A stretch of 63,390 nt of DNA, counting the filler, from Sphacelaria rigidula (Eukaryota), in the NCBI GenBank assembly GCA_964200075.2. It is 9 parts of 9 records of this genome, joined end to end, with 100 filler letters (N's around TTAATTAATTAA, not from the genome) between each part and the next. Parts side by side here need not be neighbours in the genome. Positions count along the whole stretch, not along the records: positions 7,056 to 14,010 come from CAXNAA020017221.1; positions 14,111 to 21,065 come from CAXNAA020017222.1; positions 21,166 to 28,120 come from CAXNAA020017223.1; 6 more parts are not named here. One strand, given 5' to 3'. Shown one piece after another: positions 12,794-25,126 of the stretch. How positions within the stretch are numbered: the first letter of the stretch is position 1; each line of letters opens with the position of its first letter. Position numbers and translations under genes: made by a program. Below the pieces are notes generated by a model that saw nothing but the letters and a program-made list of their open reading frames with translations, was not told the DNA's origin and made no database searches.

Positions 12794-14010
12794 ATGGCGA
12801 CCGACCCCGATCGCGGGGCATGCACTGTACCTGAGTCCGAATCCTCCTCGTCCGACTGCCAATCGGTCGCGCGCCAAACCAACCCCCCCGATGCGCTGCT
12901 GCCACCTGCAAAGCGCACGCATTGATCACGGTTGGAATCCTCAGGATCACACCGTGTACACAATTATCGCTGCGTGATTTCCTGCGATATTTTGGCGCAA
13001 GGCCGTCCTACATGACAGTTGCGAGCAGCGCCCGTGAAGGAATCGATAACGTACGCATGAGGACTACGTTGGCGTCATCTACAGCCTCCGAGAACGCGGA
13101 GCCTCAGCACACATATGTCCACACCTCCCACTCTACCACCACGCCTCACCCCCGCCCCAACGTTGACATCGACACCCGCGGCCATACCCACATAAGCACG
13201 CATAATCTGTGCACGAGGGCGGCACTTCACTCACCGCCTGCAGCCGCCGACGCCCCCGGCATAGCACCCGCTGCACACCCCGTTGAGGTGATCGCGGCCG
13301 CCGCGTCATCCGTGTCCATCTCGGGTGCTCCGCATACACCGTCGCAGCCGCAATATCCATAGACACACGACTTGCCCCTCTTCCCACAGCTGCAGCTCTT
13401 GCATGTGTGTCTCGCGGCCGTCTCCGGTTAGCACTGGCACTTCAGGAACCTCACTCGCCCTTCCTGCATCATCAGAGCATGCGGCGACAGTCTGAACACC
13501 GCATTTTCTTTCGTCAGTGCCGCTCTGTCGTCGCCGTCACTTGTAGACCACCCACGGCCTTCGAACGACGTGCAAGGGGGTCGTAACTGGAGGGCTCCTT
13601 GCCAATATTCCAGGACGGCGTTGGCCCTGAACACGTGGAGCTCCATCGCATCCCGCCTCGGACAGTTTTTCTTACCCGTCGCCCCTTTAGCGGTCCAGAT
13701 AGTATCCTGCACGGTGTGTGCAAATGTGCGAGCATCTCCACCGACCTCGGGGGACTCGAATAGGTCAGCGGCACCGTCGGCAAAAGTAGGCCGAAAGACA
13801 TCGACGTGTTCCTCGAAGTAACAGACACACAACATCTTCACGGCGGCCGCTGTGTGCACCCGCCATCTGCCGTTGCACCAGGAGACGATAGGTTCGGTGA
13901 ACAAGCCGGGCATAGCGATGGTCATCTGCACGTGATGAAGCATGCTCTTGAATCCCATGTTGTACATAGCCGGCAGGAAATCGCACCCAGACAGGAAGTA
14001 TAGCACCACG
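12794..14010 (-). pseudogene. C-terminal part of an XPG/FEN1-like nuclease plus CXC zinc-finger protein (AcademX-type transposase), 5'-truncated, with one in-frame stop
   Basis: Motifs in order: LYFLSGCDFLPAMYNMG (H3TH-like); CPRRDAMELHVFRANAVLEYWQ...GRGW; then, in frame past the TAA at 13428-13430, KCQC*PETAARHTCKSCSCGKRGKSCVYGYCGCDGVC. A GTGAGT donor at 13234 and a phase-compatible downstream exon at 12905-12794 are present. Confidence 0.7.
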
Positions 14011-14633
14011 NNNNNNNNNNNNNNNNNNNNNNNNNNNNNNNNNNNNNNNNNNNNTTAATTAATTAANNNNNNNNNNNNNNNNNNNNNNNNNNNNNNNNNN
14101 NNNNNNNNNNCATTTGTTGCTTGCCTTAGTCATTTGACCATTGACCACGCATCCCTTTCGAGACGGAGCACTTTTGGGGGGGGGCTATCGTAGAAAGTGT
14201 CTGTGATCCTCCTTCCCAGAACCACGAGAAGAAGATAAGTGTTTGTGCTAGTTGTGTACGGCTTTCTATTCATTTGTGCATACCTTCCGTGCTCGGCGGT
14301 GTCGCCCCTTCGAGAACTTCAGTACCGTACCGCGCGAGCTTGAGTTCGTCATCGTACACCATCATGAAGAGGGTGCTTCTTGTTTGACCCTGGATCGAGA
14401 TGAAGCACGGTTTATTCTTTATGAAATCCGATGGGGGCCGCCCGAATCGTTCGATGTCCTGAATTGACAGAACGTTGGTATCACACACCATATTCCAACC
14501 TGAATCATTGAAACGGCGTGGGCGATACGAGTGTCCCCTCCCACTCTAGGCCCGTCAGACTCTTGTTCATACCCTCCTGACCCAGTAGCGTGATGGCATC
14601 GCTTAATGTCATTCTTTCCGTCTTTCAACACTA

Positions 14634-15180
14634 CGAGCTGGGCCAGCCGACAGTAGGTAGTTTCCTCGCTCAGGCGACGCATTGCGTAAAATGATTAATT
14701 GAACGCTGATATTCCGACAGTGGCTTCTTGTGATCGACATGCAAACTATCTCGAGAGTAGCATAGAAAAGGAGAAAAAAGGGAGCAATGGGATTTTCAAA
14801 TGTCGGCAAAATCAATACAATGTCGGAAGTCCAGGAAAATGAACGAGAATCTGCAACAGATCCCGCAATGTTCACTTCTTTGGGTGCACAAGGTCTGCGT
14901 GAAATTTCAGCTCGAGACTAGTCGAATTGGGTCGTGCGCAACGTTAAGCGTGACACAGCGGCGCCCCTATAATTCAAGTGATACAGGAGACTCCAATTAT
15001 GGAGGCTGTGGTTTCCAATCCCGATGGATTCGATTTTTTGTCGTCCATCGTTCAGGTCTCATATATTACGCAGAACATCTTTTTTCATTTTTTTGTTCAT
15101 CCAGCAGCGGTGCCGTGTGCTACGACGTTGGTCTGCACTTCACAGTGTTATGCTTATATCGGGTTGATTCGGGGAAGTGG
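14634..15180 (+). mobile_element. Truncated copy of the TA-flanked ~600-bp MITE (left TIR only)
   Basis: Begins TA|CGAGCTGGGCCAGC and resembles 25127-25722 internally (AATCCCGATGGATTC, TTGGTCTGCA). Confidence 0.7.
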
Positions 15181-15217
15181 GAAAGCTGAAGCGTGAACAG
15201 CATTTGGTCACTTTTAA

Positions 15218-15320
15218 CCCTTCGACCGCGAGGGTAGATCACCTGCTGAGTCGGCATCAATATTCACTTGAACAAGTATGCATGCTCCAGGTGGACTACC
15301 CGCACCGCGGTCGAAAAGGG
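15218..15320 (+). mobile_element. ~100-bp piggyBac-like MITE, solo copy
   Basis: TTAA|CCCTTCGACCGCG...CGCGGTCGAAAAGGG|TTAA, showing a TTAA TSD and CCC/GGG termini. Confidence 0.9.
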
Positions 15321-15819
15321 TTAAACCCTTGTGGAACTCGTTGATTTTTGTTTTTGTGAATCGGCATCATTTTCAGTCATTTTCAAGTCAATATGATGCC
15401 GACTCACCACAAGAAAAATCGTCGATGGGTTCCCAAACGGTTTGCTGACCAAGCTCGTACAGTATTTACATTCCCCTAACCCATATAGCACCTGAGAGTT
15501 GACTGCGGTCTCGCAACACTCCACCATATCGACGCCTCTCACCCACATTGTGCAGTGCACAACTGCCTCCCATGATATCATGTTCGACCTCAAGAGTTCC
15601 GTCATCCTGCAAATGTAGCTCCGTAGTGCTTCGATGTAGGACCTCTTCTGGATTTGGCATAAATGGTCGGTAATATTCTAACATTCACGCATTTCATCGT
15701 CAAGTGATATATGAGATTGCCGCATCGATGCTGAATTCAGGCGAGTCATCCAACGGTAGTTTCGAGGTATGTGCACGAAAAACAGGACTCGTGTGTGTGT
15801 CGATGCGAAGGGGTATGGG

Positions 15820-16236
15820 CGAGTCTTGCTACGATAGGGGGGGGGGGGGGGGGGGGGGCCCCCTTGTTGTTTGCCTTAATCATTTAAACAGAAAACGAGA
15901 AGGGGGGGGGGGGGGGGGGGGGGGGGCGTACTCACTTGTTGCTTGCCTTAGTCATTTGACCATTGACCACGATGGGGGGCGGGGGGGGGGGGTTGGGCCG
16001 TTATCTTCGACGAAAACTCACTTCAATCGCCGTTGAACGCAGCCAAAATTTGTTCGAACGCGCTCGCTCCCGATACATAACGCTCATTCATACTGCTCTA
16101 CACAGCTTTTACCCAAATACAAGTGCGCTGCGAGTGTTTCAGGCCGTTTGACACATCTACTAGCACAGTTTTTCGTTGGATCGAACACCTTCGTCCACCC
16201 CCCACCCCCCGCCCCCTCCTATCGTAGCATGGCCCG
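15820..16236. mobile_element. MITE with TIR CGAGTCWTGCTACGATAGG and internal G-runs (family B). Related pieces lie at 14111-14195, 27430-27500 and 27590-27692
   Basis: The left end CGAGTCTTGCTACGATAGGGG pairs with the right end CCTATCGTAGCATGGCCCG. The core TTGTTGCTTGCCTTAGTCATTTGACCATTGACCACG recurs in two contigs. Confidence 0.7.
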
Positions 16237-16572
16237 AGCATCATGCCCAGTTGCCGTCGGTGTTCGTATGGACGTTTCGTATTCGCATAGGGTAGGCTCC
16301 CACCCCTTCCTGTTTACCACGTCGTTGTGCTGAAGGCATAGACGGACGTGCCGAATAAAAGCTTCGAGGAAGAGTTCCAGGGTTCCGAAGCGATCGTTTA
16401 CAGGGCACAGCACTTTAGGTGCAGCTGATTCGGGTATAGTGCCTTTATCGCACCAGGCCGTAGCTATGTTCAACAGGCGGCGAGGCGACCCCCGTATGTT
16501 TGTGTTGTATCCGTAATTTGAGCAGCCATGCCACAAAGAAGAATTGTTCGCGGAAAACGCTATGTCGCAGGC

Positions 16573-18358
16573 TGTAGACTCTAGTTACCATTGTTACCTA
16601 AGGTTAGGGACATTGTGTACGTGGAGTTGCGGGTCTGACTGCCGGACTCTGTGATGGGTGACCTCCATGACGTGAGGCTTGGTTTTTCTACTCTGGTGGA
16701 GAGAGGCTATGGTCTTGTTCTCCTGTATCGTGCTGAGGTCTAATACATGAATAACTAAAGCTGCTGAAGTCCATGTGCCCGTGATGGGAGGAGTTCACAT
16801 GGCGATCTGATCCCAAGAGACAGAAGTCTATGATGAAAGTTCATTAAGTCCGCTGAATGGCGGTAGGTCCGCTAAAAAGCAGCTGACACTTCAAGATAAG
16901 GAAGTCTGCAGGACTCATGCCGAGATAGCCTCCCCACAAAAAGTGCACGTGAGACGGTGCGACAAAACGGCTGTGATCCCACTATTGGGCTCGTTTGCAA
17001 TGATCTCGCCTATATGAGAGGCGTGGAGCACTTTGAAATGAGCTATTACGCCCAAATACGTCGCGTCGTGCAGCACGAAACCAGCTTTAACGGCATTGAT
17101 GATCATCGCCTTCGTGCATTGTTTTGGCCGGTTCGGGGGGGGGGCTATCTCGGCAGCAGTCGCAGGCCTGATCAGTTTGCAGCAAACAAGACCAGCTCAA
17201 AGCGTATTAACGTCGCGAGGAGTTGGAGAAGTAGAGCCGAGGAGATTCTGAGGCAGTGCTAGGGCGGGCTGTGGTATCGCTCATGCGTGAGGTGCGGGGG
17301 GTTGATTGACAGCTGGCGAGCCCAAGAGCGTTCCAGAAAAAGCGGCCCAATTGCTGCCTGGTAGAGCCAGCGAGGGTTGCGTGTTCCACGCCTGGCCAGG
17401 TACGGTCAGGAAGAGTAGTCTAAGGACTACAAGACGTGATGAGAACCACGTGAGGAAGAGGCGTGTGTGGTCGTCGTTGTAAGGTGCTACAGTGCGTCTC
17501 GGTCTAAGGAGAGAGTTGTTGTTCCTGTGAGTGGGAGGCGACTTCATTCACAAAAAAAAAGGCGGTGTAGAGTGCTGTACTGCTGACCGAAATGTACAAG
17601 GCGCAGGAATATGTCATTGTCGACGGTCGTGTTGTTCCTGTACTGGCGCTGAAGATGCCGTCTACGGCCGCAAGTTTTCGAGTGAGGAATCGGCCGAGTT
17701 TTTACGCAAATACGAGCAATATTCGCGAGATGTGGATCAGGTGAACGCGCGGTGGACAAATGCTCTGGAATTTGACGTTCGATGACATTTCCGGTTTCGT
17801 GCCGATGAAGAGTCAAGAGACTTATTTTGGGCGAAGATTTGAGAATTTGGCGCTAGCTATCGCTTTGTAACTCGAAGTGGTGCAAGTAGCATGATTGCAT
17901 GTTCATGATGGACGAGAGTTCCTTGGAATTTCTTGCGAGTTGGTCGGAAGTGGGGCAAGCTTGTGTGGAGCTGTTGTCGAAAGCAGCGGAAGAGATTGCC
18001 ATTCTTTGCGAAAAGCGACAGTACTATCAGACACCAATGATGTCTGACTTTGTCAAGCTCTGATGAAACTACTTGTTGGTAGTAAAGAGCTTTGGGGGTG
18101 CTGTAGACTCTAGCCACCATTGTTACCTAAGGTTAGGGACACTGTGTAGGTGGAGCTACGGGTCTGATTGCCGGACTCTGTGATGGGTGACCTCCATGAC
18201 GTGAGGCTTGATTTTGCTACTCTGGTGGAGAGAGGCTATGGTCCTGTTGTCCTGCACTATGGTGAGGTTTAATGCATGAATAAAGCTGCTGAAGTCCATG
18301 TGCCCGTGATGGGAGGAGTCCACATGGCGATCTGATCTTGAGTGACAGAAGTCTATGA
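16573..18358 (+). mobile_element. Non-autonomous LTR element with two ~225-bp LTRs (16573-16799, 18102-18324) and a decayed internal region
   Basis: The direct repeats start TGTAGACTCTAG and end CACA. Each is followed by a PBS-like TGGCGATCTGATC. The second has a perfect AATAAA and is preceded by a G-rich tract. An internal remnant, RKFSSEESAEFLRKYEQYSRDVDQVN, may be gag. Confidence 0.85.
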
Positions 18359-18564
18359 GGCGGGCAACGCAAATTATGCCGGCATTGGCGTCAGCGGCCG
18401 ATCGCGGGGGGGTTGAACATTGCCGCCTATGACTCCAGCTGCACCTTCATGGGTCTCCATATCGCATAGCCGCGGAGGGATGTGGCGATACCCGAGGGGA
18501 GGGCGATATTCGGAGTACGGGACCGCTCCGATCGTCAACAAACCTGACCTCCCACCTGATATTA

Positions 18565-18984
18565 CAGCCTGGATCCGTTTATGAGGTTTAACATTTGAAT
18601 GAGTTTCAACTCGAAAACACTGCTTTCCCTGACCCAAAGTCATGACCAATGAATTTCACATGGACGACCTCATGCCCCCCGACTTCCTTGAAACTATTTT
18701 CGGGGGTTGCCCGTCTTCCTTGCCCCCAAAGCGTATGTGCGAAAACACCTTTTCACCTCGATATAGGGGCGAAAAAGGAGACGTTGTCAGCCCGAAATTG
18801 GTGCTTTCGCATATACACTTTGGGGGCACGGAAGACGGGCAACCTTCGAAAGTACTTTTAAGGAGGTCGGGGGGCATGAGGCCGTCCATATGAAATTCAT
18901 TGATCATGACTTTAAGTCCGAGAAAGCACTGTTTTCGAGTTGAAACTCATTAAAATGCTGAACCTCAAAAACGGATCCAGGCTC
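18565..18984. mobile_element. Foldback MITE with TTA TSD (PIF/Harbinger, Tourist-like)
   Basis: TTA|CAGCCTGGATCCG...CGGATCCAGGCTC|TTA. The ~190-bp imperfect inverted arms explain the mirror-image ORFs 18642+ and 18907-. Confidence 0.88.
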
Positions 18985-19084
18985 TTATATGTATGTTAGG
19001 AATAAAAATTCAGGTCTATGAAGAACGGAGGGTCGTGGTTGAGATGCGGGAACATGGGTGGGATATTTAAAAGGTGCGTTTCAT

Positions 19085-19610
19085 CCTGTGACCACGAGGG
19101 TGAGTCACCTGCTGACTCAGCATCAATATCAGTAGAAGAACGTCTGGCCGATCCAGCTGGACTGCCCGCATTGCCGTCTACGGGTTAACCCGGAGATCGC
19201 GAGGGTAGCCCATCTGGATCATGCACACTTTGTTTGGAAGAAATTGATGCCGAGTCAACATATGACCTATTCTCTGCGTCTAAGGGTTAACCCTCAACCC
19301 CTAGATGGCAACAATAAAGAATAGGGCATCTGATCTGTTGAATGGGCATCAATTTCACTCGAAAAAGGAACGCGTGATCCAGATGGACTACCCTCGCGGT
19401 CTAAGGGTTAACCCTTAGATGGCGAGAGTAGGTCGTCTGATGAATCGGCATCAACTTCAGTTGTAAATAGTATGCATGATCCAGATGGACTGCCGTCGCT
19501 GTTCAAGGGTTGAACCGCGGTGCGGGTAGTCCATCTGGATGACGGATACTTTCTTCAAGTAAAAATTGATGCCGATTCAGTAGGTGATCTACTCCCCTCA
19601 GTCTAAAGGA
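19085..19610. repeat. Array of five abutting piggyBac-like MITEs (orientation +,-,+,+,-)
   Basis: GGG|TTAA|CCC junctions at 19185-19188, 19287-19290 and 19408-19411, plus a degenerate one near 19510. The core GGCATCAA...GATCCAGATGGACT is conserved. Confidence 0.9.
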
Positions 19611-20207
19611 TTCAGGTGCGTGCTTCAGCGTTGAGAGCACGTCGACGAGGTTCGTTCGTGCCCATAGGAGCGGGCTGTCATAAATGAACGAGTCTAGCGG
19701 TAGAGAGTTAGGTGGCGGCGGCCGCAGATCCTACCAACGCGGTGTTGACGGCAGCATGTCACCGGGGTGAGTTGTCAGTCCAGCCGGTTGTTCGTGTTAA
19801 ATACATCGTGGGGTGTGTGACGGCCGTTATTATCGAGAAATGAAACAAATGGGAGAAGGTCTCGAATGTCGGCATTCACCTAATAACGCTCATTATTATC
19901 CACATCTTCTACTGTTACTGTCCGATATCTCATCACAGATGCTGCTGATCTCGTCGTTTGCTTGCCTGCGCGGACAAAATAAAGGCCAGGGTTATGCTAC
20001 CTATCCGTGTATGGCGTTCATAACTGTGGTAAACATCTGTTTCACAACCTCTCGGTGACATGGGGGGGGGGGAAGTCGGGCAGGCGAGGACGTGATCGAC
20101 CGCCTCTCTCGGGATGCTCAGCACCACACATTGGCAAAAATACTGTGTGTGTTTCCAGCTAATGCACTCCCGGCCTGTCCTCTGCTTTCACAAACCAGTA
20201 CAGTTGA

Positions 20208-20516
20208 CCCTTAGACCGCGAGGTTAGTCCATCTGGATCGTGCATACATTTTTCAGGTAAAACTGATGCCGGTTCAACAGATGACCTACGGTCGCTGTCT
20301 AAGGGTTAACCCTCAGACAGCGTTGCGGGTAATCCATCTGAATCTCGCATACATTTTTCAAGCCAATATTGATGCCGATTCAGCAGGTGACCTACCCTCG
20401 CGGTCTAGGGGTTAACCCCTATAGACGGCGGGGGCAGCCCATGTGGACGAAGAATACGTTTCTGAAGTGAAACTTGATGCCGATTCAGCAGGTAACCAAC
20501 CCTCGCGGTTGAAGGG
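20208..20516 (-). repeat. Array of three head-to-tail piggyBac-like MITEs, with a further solo copy at 20857-20959
   Basis: Shared TTAA at 20306-20309 and 20412-20415. The solo copy is flanked by TTAA at 20853-20856 and 20960-20963. Confidence 0.9.
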
Positions 20517-23500
20517 TTCCAGCAGCGTTTACCACTTGGGAGGGTACTATGGTTGATTTCCAGGGGGACTTGATTCCAGTGTGAAGAGCGAAATTCGGAT
20601 CTTTCATGGGGCATTGCTCCAAGCGTGCTGATAGTGTGGGCAGAACGCGTCTTTGTCAAAACCGTCGCCTGGGGCGCCGAGTTGAGGTCTGTAAACGCAC
20701 CCTTTGCTAGTGGTATATGTAAATGCGATCATCAGGGTCACGTTTGATGGTGTTGACTTGTCGGTCAGGTCTTCCGTTCTGCCCCTGTCAACGGGACGTT
20801 TCATGCTCCCGTTCGAGGTGTAAAAAACAAATCCTTTTTTTACAAACCGTCGTTAAGCCTCAGACCGCCGTGCGCGTAGTCCATTATCTGGATTGCTCAT
20901 TTAAAAAAAATGAAAATTGATGCCGATTCAGCAGGTGACCTACCCTCGCGGTCCAAGGGTTAAGGTTATATATTATGCAGTACATTGTTTTCATTTAACA
21001 GTCGATTTTGTATTTTGGGGTTCATACAAAATATGGGGCTGAAGTGGCATATCTGCCTTGCACGGNNNNNNNNNNNNNNNNNNNNNNNNNNNNNNNNNNN
21101 NNNNNNNNNTTAATTAATTAANNNNNNNNNNNNNNNNNNNNNNNNNNNNNNNNNNNNNNNNNNNNCATTTCTGGCCATTTTTCGTACCTTTCTTCGACAA
21201 AAAACGAGAAGGTATACCTTTTCTAGGCCATTGCCCATTATATATTGTCCAAGGTGTGGAGTCTTCCGCGGAAAACTTCCAAGCACACATGATTGACTTC
21301 GTGAGCTTCCCGGCTGCTCTGCGGACAGTTCCCCCCCCCCCCCCCCCCTGGAAACCCGCGGATGTCTCCAGACTGTTAGCCTTTGAAACTATTTCAAGGC
21401 AACACGCGCTGTATAATAGTTAAATTCTGAACCGATTTGACTAAAGCAAAGCACAACGTTGTGTGTAGGTCGTGAACGACGCTCCAGCACGTCTTCTCGA
21501 GACAGCGGATTATACTCACGAATCAAAAATTGAAACATATTCCTGTACGAGTGCAATTCGACGCACTTCACCCGGAGCGTGCTACTACTGGCCGGAACTG
21601 GCCGGCACGACAGCGGGATGCCTTTCTCGTGTGCGTATCTCGTACGATTGAAGAAACTTCCTATATCCTTCTTTCGCAGCCATGAGCGCCCATGAATAAC
21701 GAGTCGTCGAACGTGGAGATGGGATGGGAGGGTTCTAAACCATCCACCTAGGTGACAAACGACTGCGCAAATCGTCTACCAGAGAGTGAAATCGACGCGA
21801 GAGAGCCCGCTGTTTGCTATCATTCAATGATTACTTCCACCAAACTTCCGGTCTGTGGTCTCTGTCGCCCACGGACGTTTCTCCGCTCGAGCCAGTCTCT
21901 CACTTCGAAGCACATCAACACACCTCATTCTACACCACACCAGGCGACCGGTTTCCAACAAACCCAGACACACACAGCCTGAAGATGTGCCCGAAATGGT
22001 GTACGCAAAATCATATTTAGATCAGAGCACTACAGTCCGTACAGCACTGTAGTTACGCAACAGAGTATATTCAGCATAATGGCAGCAACCAACAGGCGAA
22101 CAGAACCGTTCGTGAGACAAAATACACCATCACTATCGGGTAATTACGGGGTATACCACCCTCGGGGTGACGATGGTTGCTACCTTGATTTTCTCTCAAA
22201 ACTATAGACGAAAGGGAATCGATGGCTGCATCAAAGATCTACGCCACACTTTTAAATGCACGGAAATATCTCAATATTCCACAGTCCTTCTTTCTCGAGG
22301 GAATCGAAGCTGAAAACCTATCACCGAGCGACTCACACTGCGTATATCCGGTGAAGACGTGCGCATATCAAGTCTGAGATCGCTTGAATGGACTAGAGAG
22401 GGTACAGCACGTGATTTTGCAAATGGCCACCTAAAGAGTAGCCCAGATATTGCCAAAGCGGGATGTACCTGTTCGCTGAGTGCCAGCAAAGCACTGATAG
22501 TGTTGCCATTTCTTACTGGGTCCATGTCCTGCGCCGAATCCATGTCGCGCCCTGCCAGTGAGCTTGGACGCAGCCCGATCTCTCAATCCGACAGGGCAAG
22601 GACGTATTGATATAAGATGTCTAGTACGTCATGTTCCAAAACCAGGACATGCAAAAGACGTTTTGTACTATCGGGGGTATCGCTATAAATTTTGAGGGAA
22701 AATAGGGAAGCAATGGTCCGAGAAAAGTATATTTCATGATACAGCGCACTACCATATATTTTCTTGTGAAAATTAATACTGGAAGGAAAGTGAGGAGAAC
22801 AAAGAATATGTGTATACTCGTGGACACTTCAACGGTCAATACTTCAGCTGCAGAATGCAGCTGTGACAGCGGGTGTGATCAAAACATCCTATCCTACAAG
22901 TTGCACATACGGATCGAACAAACAACACCTCGGCGCTGCACTCTGTCTACTGCGTGTCCCACATCTCACTGCAGAGCTCCTTCCTCCGGCGTACCCCTCA
23001 GCTAGAGAGCGCGAACATGGTATAAGGTAGCAGTCCAGCTTTCTGCGTGAGTGTGGGTTATTTACTTCCAGAAGTAGCTCGCGCTTCGTATTTCGAGAGC
23101 GGCGAACGTCTTGTTCGTCTTTGTCTGCCCTTGCTATTCATCCGCCACTACTGCATTGCGCTGTGCGCCTTCTGGACTTGGGCGAACGGGCCACACAACT
23201 CAGATAACGCTGCAAAAGCTTCAACGATCTTCGCATGTCTTCGCTACTCGCGGGTAGTGAAACTATTAGAGGTGAGCTGCGGGTGTTGATCTGGAAGTGG
23301 CATGTACTAATATCAGACCTTCCGCCCAACTGTTTCTCCACCTCTGTTGTTCCTATTATATTGGGTAAATAGAGATAGATGAACACGGCACTGTTTGTGC
23401 AATACCATAGATACATCCAACAACAACGTTCTTCGCAAGAGTAAAAGTACTGCGGTAGATGATAATTTCACGACTGAGACAACAACAGTAGTTGTAAATG

Positions 23501-25126
23501 TAAAACTGCGTGACACGACGACAGACATCAGTAAACCAGCATACCGCGCAAATAAGACGACCCACTGGATTTAAGGTAATCAGAGCGCGACACTGGGTGT
23601 GTTTGTTGTACGTTTCCCCTGGAATTGGAGTTGCTGTACAGCAGCACACCGGACCAGCGGGCACACCAGATGATGGATTGCTGTGCAGGTGTTGAAATCG
23701 CCCCTTGCTGTAGCGGGTGCCGCGAAGGTGGACCTGTACCTGGATGGGTTTGGCTTTGCTCTCATGACCGGGGCTGCGGAATTCGGTACAGACGCGGGCA
23801 CCTCGTTAGCTGCTAGGGCCGCGACACTTCTGTGTTTGAGGGGAAATCCGGGTGACGCGATGCCGAAAAAAGGAAGAGAAAGATGCTTGAGAAGATGAGA
23901 AGGGGTGTTGATGCATGGGCTGCAGGGGCTTCAACTTTTGCGCTTCAGCCAAAAGGGATTGCGCTGGGGCGAGCGTTGTTCCTCCGCACATGGTCGGCTA
24001 GCAACAGCCCAGACGTGTTCGCCAAGTGCCGTGTGTGTTGGGTCCATATACAAAAAAAACAGCGTAAGAATGTCATTTCGTACTTGTTGATTGGTGGCCG
24101 AGATGACGAAAAGATGCATTATATTCCAGTCCGGTCTGTATTCCTTGGTAGGAGACGCGTGATATCAGGCCCACCCGCCATTTACGGGTGAAAGGAGATG
24201 TCGCCAACGGCACAACATTCGGTGCAATGCCCGTCTCTGAGAGACCTGAGAAATAAGTTATACCCGTTTGGCTCCCAGTCTAATTTCGGAACAACATCAG
24301 GGCGTGCCTTCAACGGCGGTGACCCCAACGTGGCACCTGACCAGATCCTCTCTGCTTGCGAAAACTACCCTCGACGACAATATATGATGAACTTCTCTGT
24401 CGTCTCCAATACCTGACCCGCGTGCTTTGTCCGATTCTATCACTCGAATTAAACGAATTTCCATCGGTCTACCTGTAGTAGTGCTGGATTTACCGGTTGT
24501 AGTGCTGGGTGAAGCTGACGGGTTTTGGCGCTCAGACGGCTAACCCCCTGACTGCTGAGTAGGTGTCATTTTTCAGCGAGTCCACAAATGTCAATGCAGG
24601 AGTGCTCGTGCAATAAATATCTAAAGGCTTCGCAGTCAAACGATTGCCCGGGACGGCCGGGGGGGGAGGTTCTTCTCTGCTGATAATCCATGCCTCTCAC
24701 AGGAAAAAAGGGTGTCGCCTTGTAAACCTACCGATTGGCACGTCTTTAGCCTACCAGAGTACCGTAAAGGTTGCCGAGATCAAGTGTAAGACGTTGTGAT
24801 ATTGACCGGGGTGACAGTCAAAATCTCCATCTGCCTTGTGGGAAAGGGGTTTGAGGACATCGTACAGCGTGGGTTGTGCAGGAATCTCAGAGTTTCATAC
24901 GTGCCATGATTGCTGCAGCTCCCCCCTCCCCGCCAGGAATAAATTGTAATTAACTGTTGAATTATGTAGTTAATAAAAAATAATTGCCGTGAAGAAGTGA
25001 AAGCCTGGCTCGTGCAATATTGCAAGTTGAACTCACGAGTATCGTCATCATCCTATCAGCTGCGTGTTCGCGTTTTGAATGTGCACCTGTAGGCGGTGAT
25101 TTTTCCTACCTTGCATTTGTGTTATA

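Noticed and set aside
13428..14009. Host XRN1/Exo1/FEN1 gene
   Set aside because: The GCDFLP motif is similar, but the downstream LH..RAN..W..GW plus CXC arrangement and the in-frame stop fit a transposon-type protein better. A host gene is not fully excluded.
18642..18907. Pairs of near-identical ORFs on opposite strands (also 49552-49872 / 49866-50366)
   Set aside because: They are a by-product of foldback MITE arms, with no coding evidence.
19085..20516. CRISPR-like array (palindromic AAGGGTTAACCCT junctions at ~100-bp spacing)
   Set aside because: The 'spacers' are homologous to each other, occur in both orientations and also exist as solo TTAA-flanked copies. They are MITEs, and there are no cas genes.
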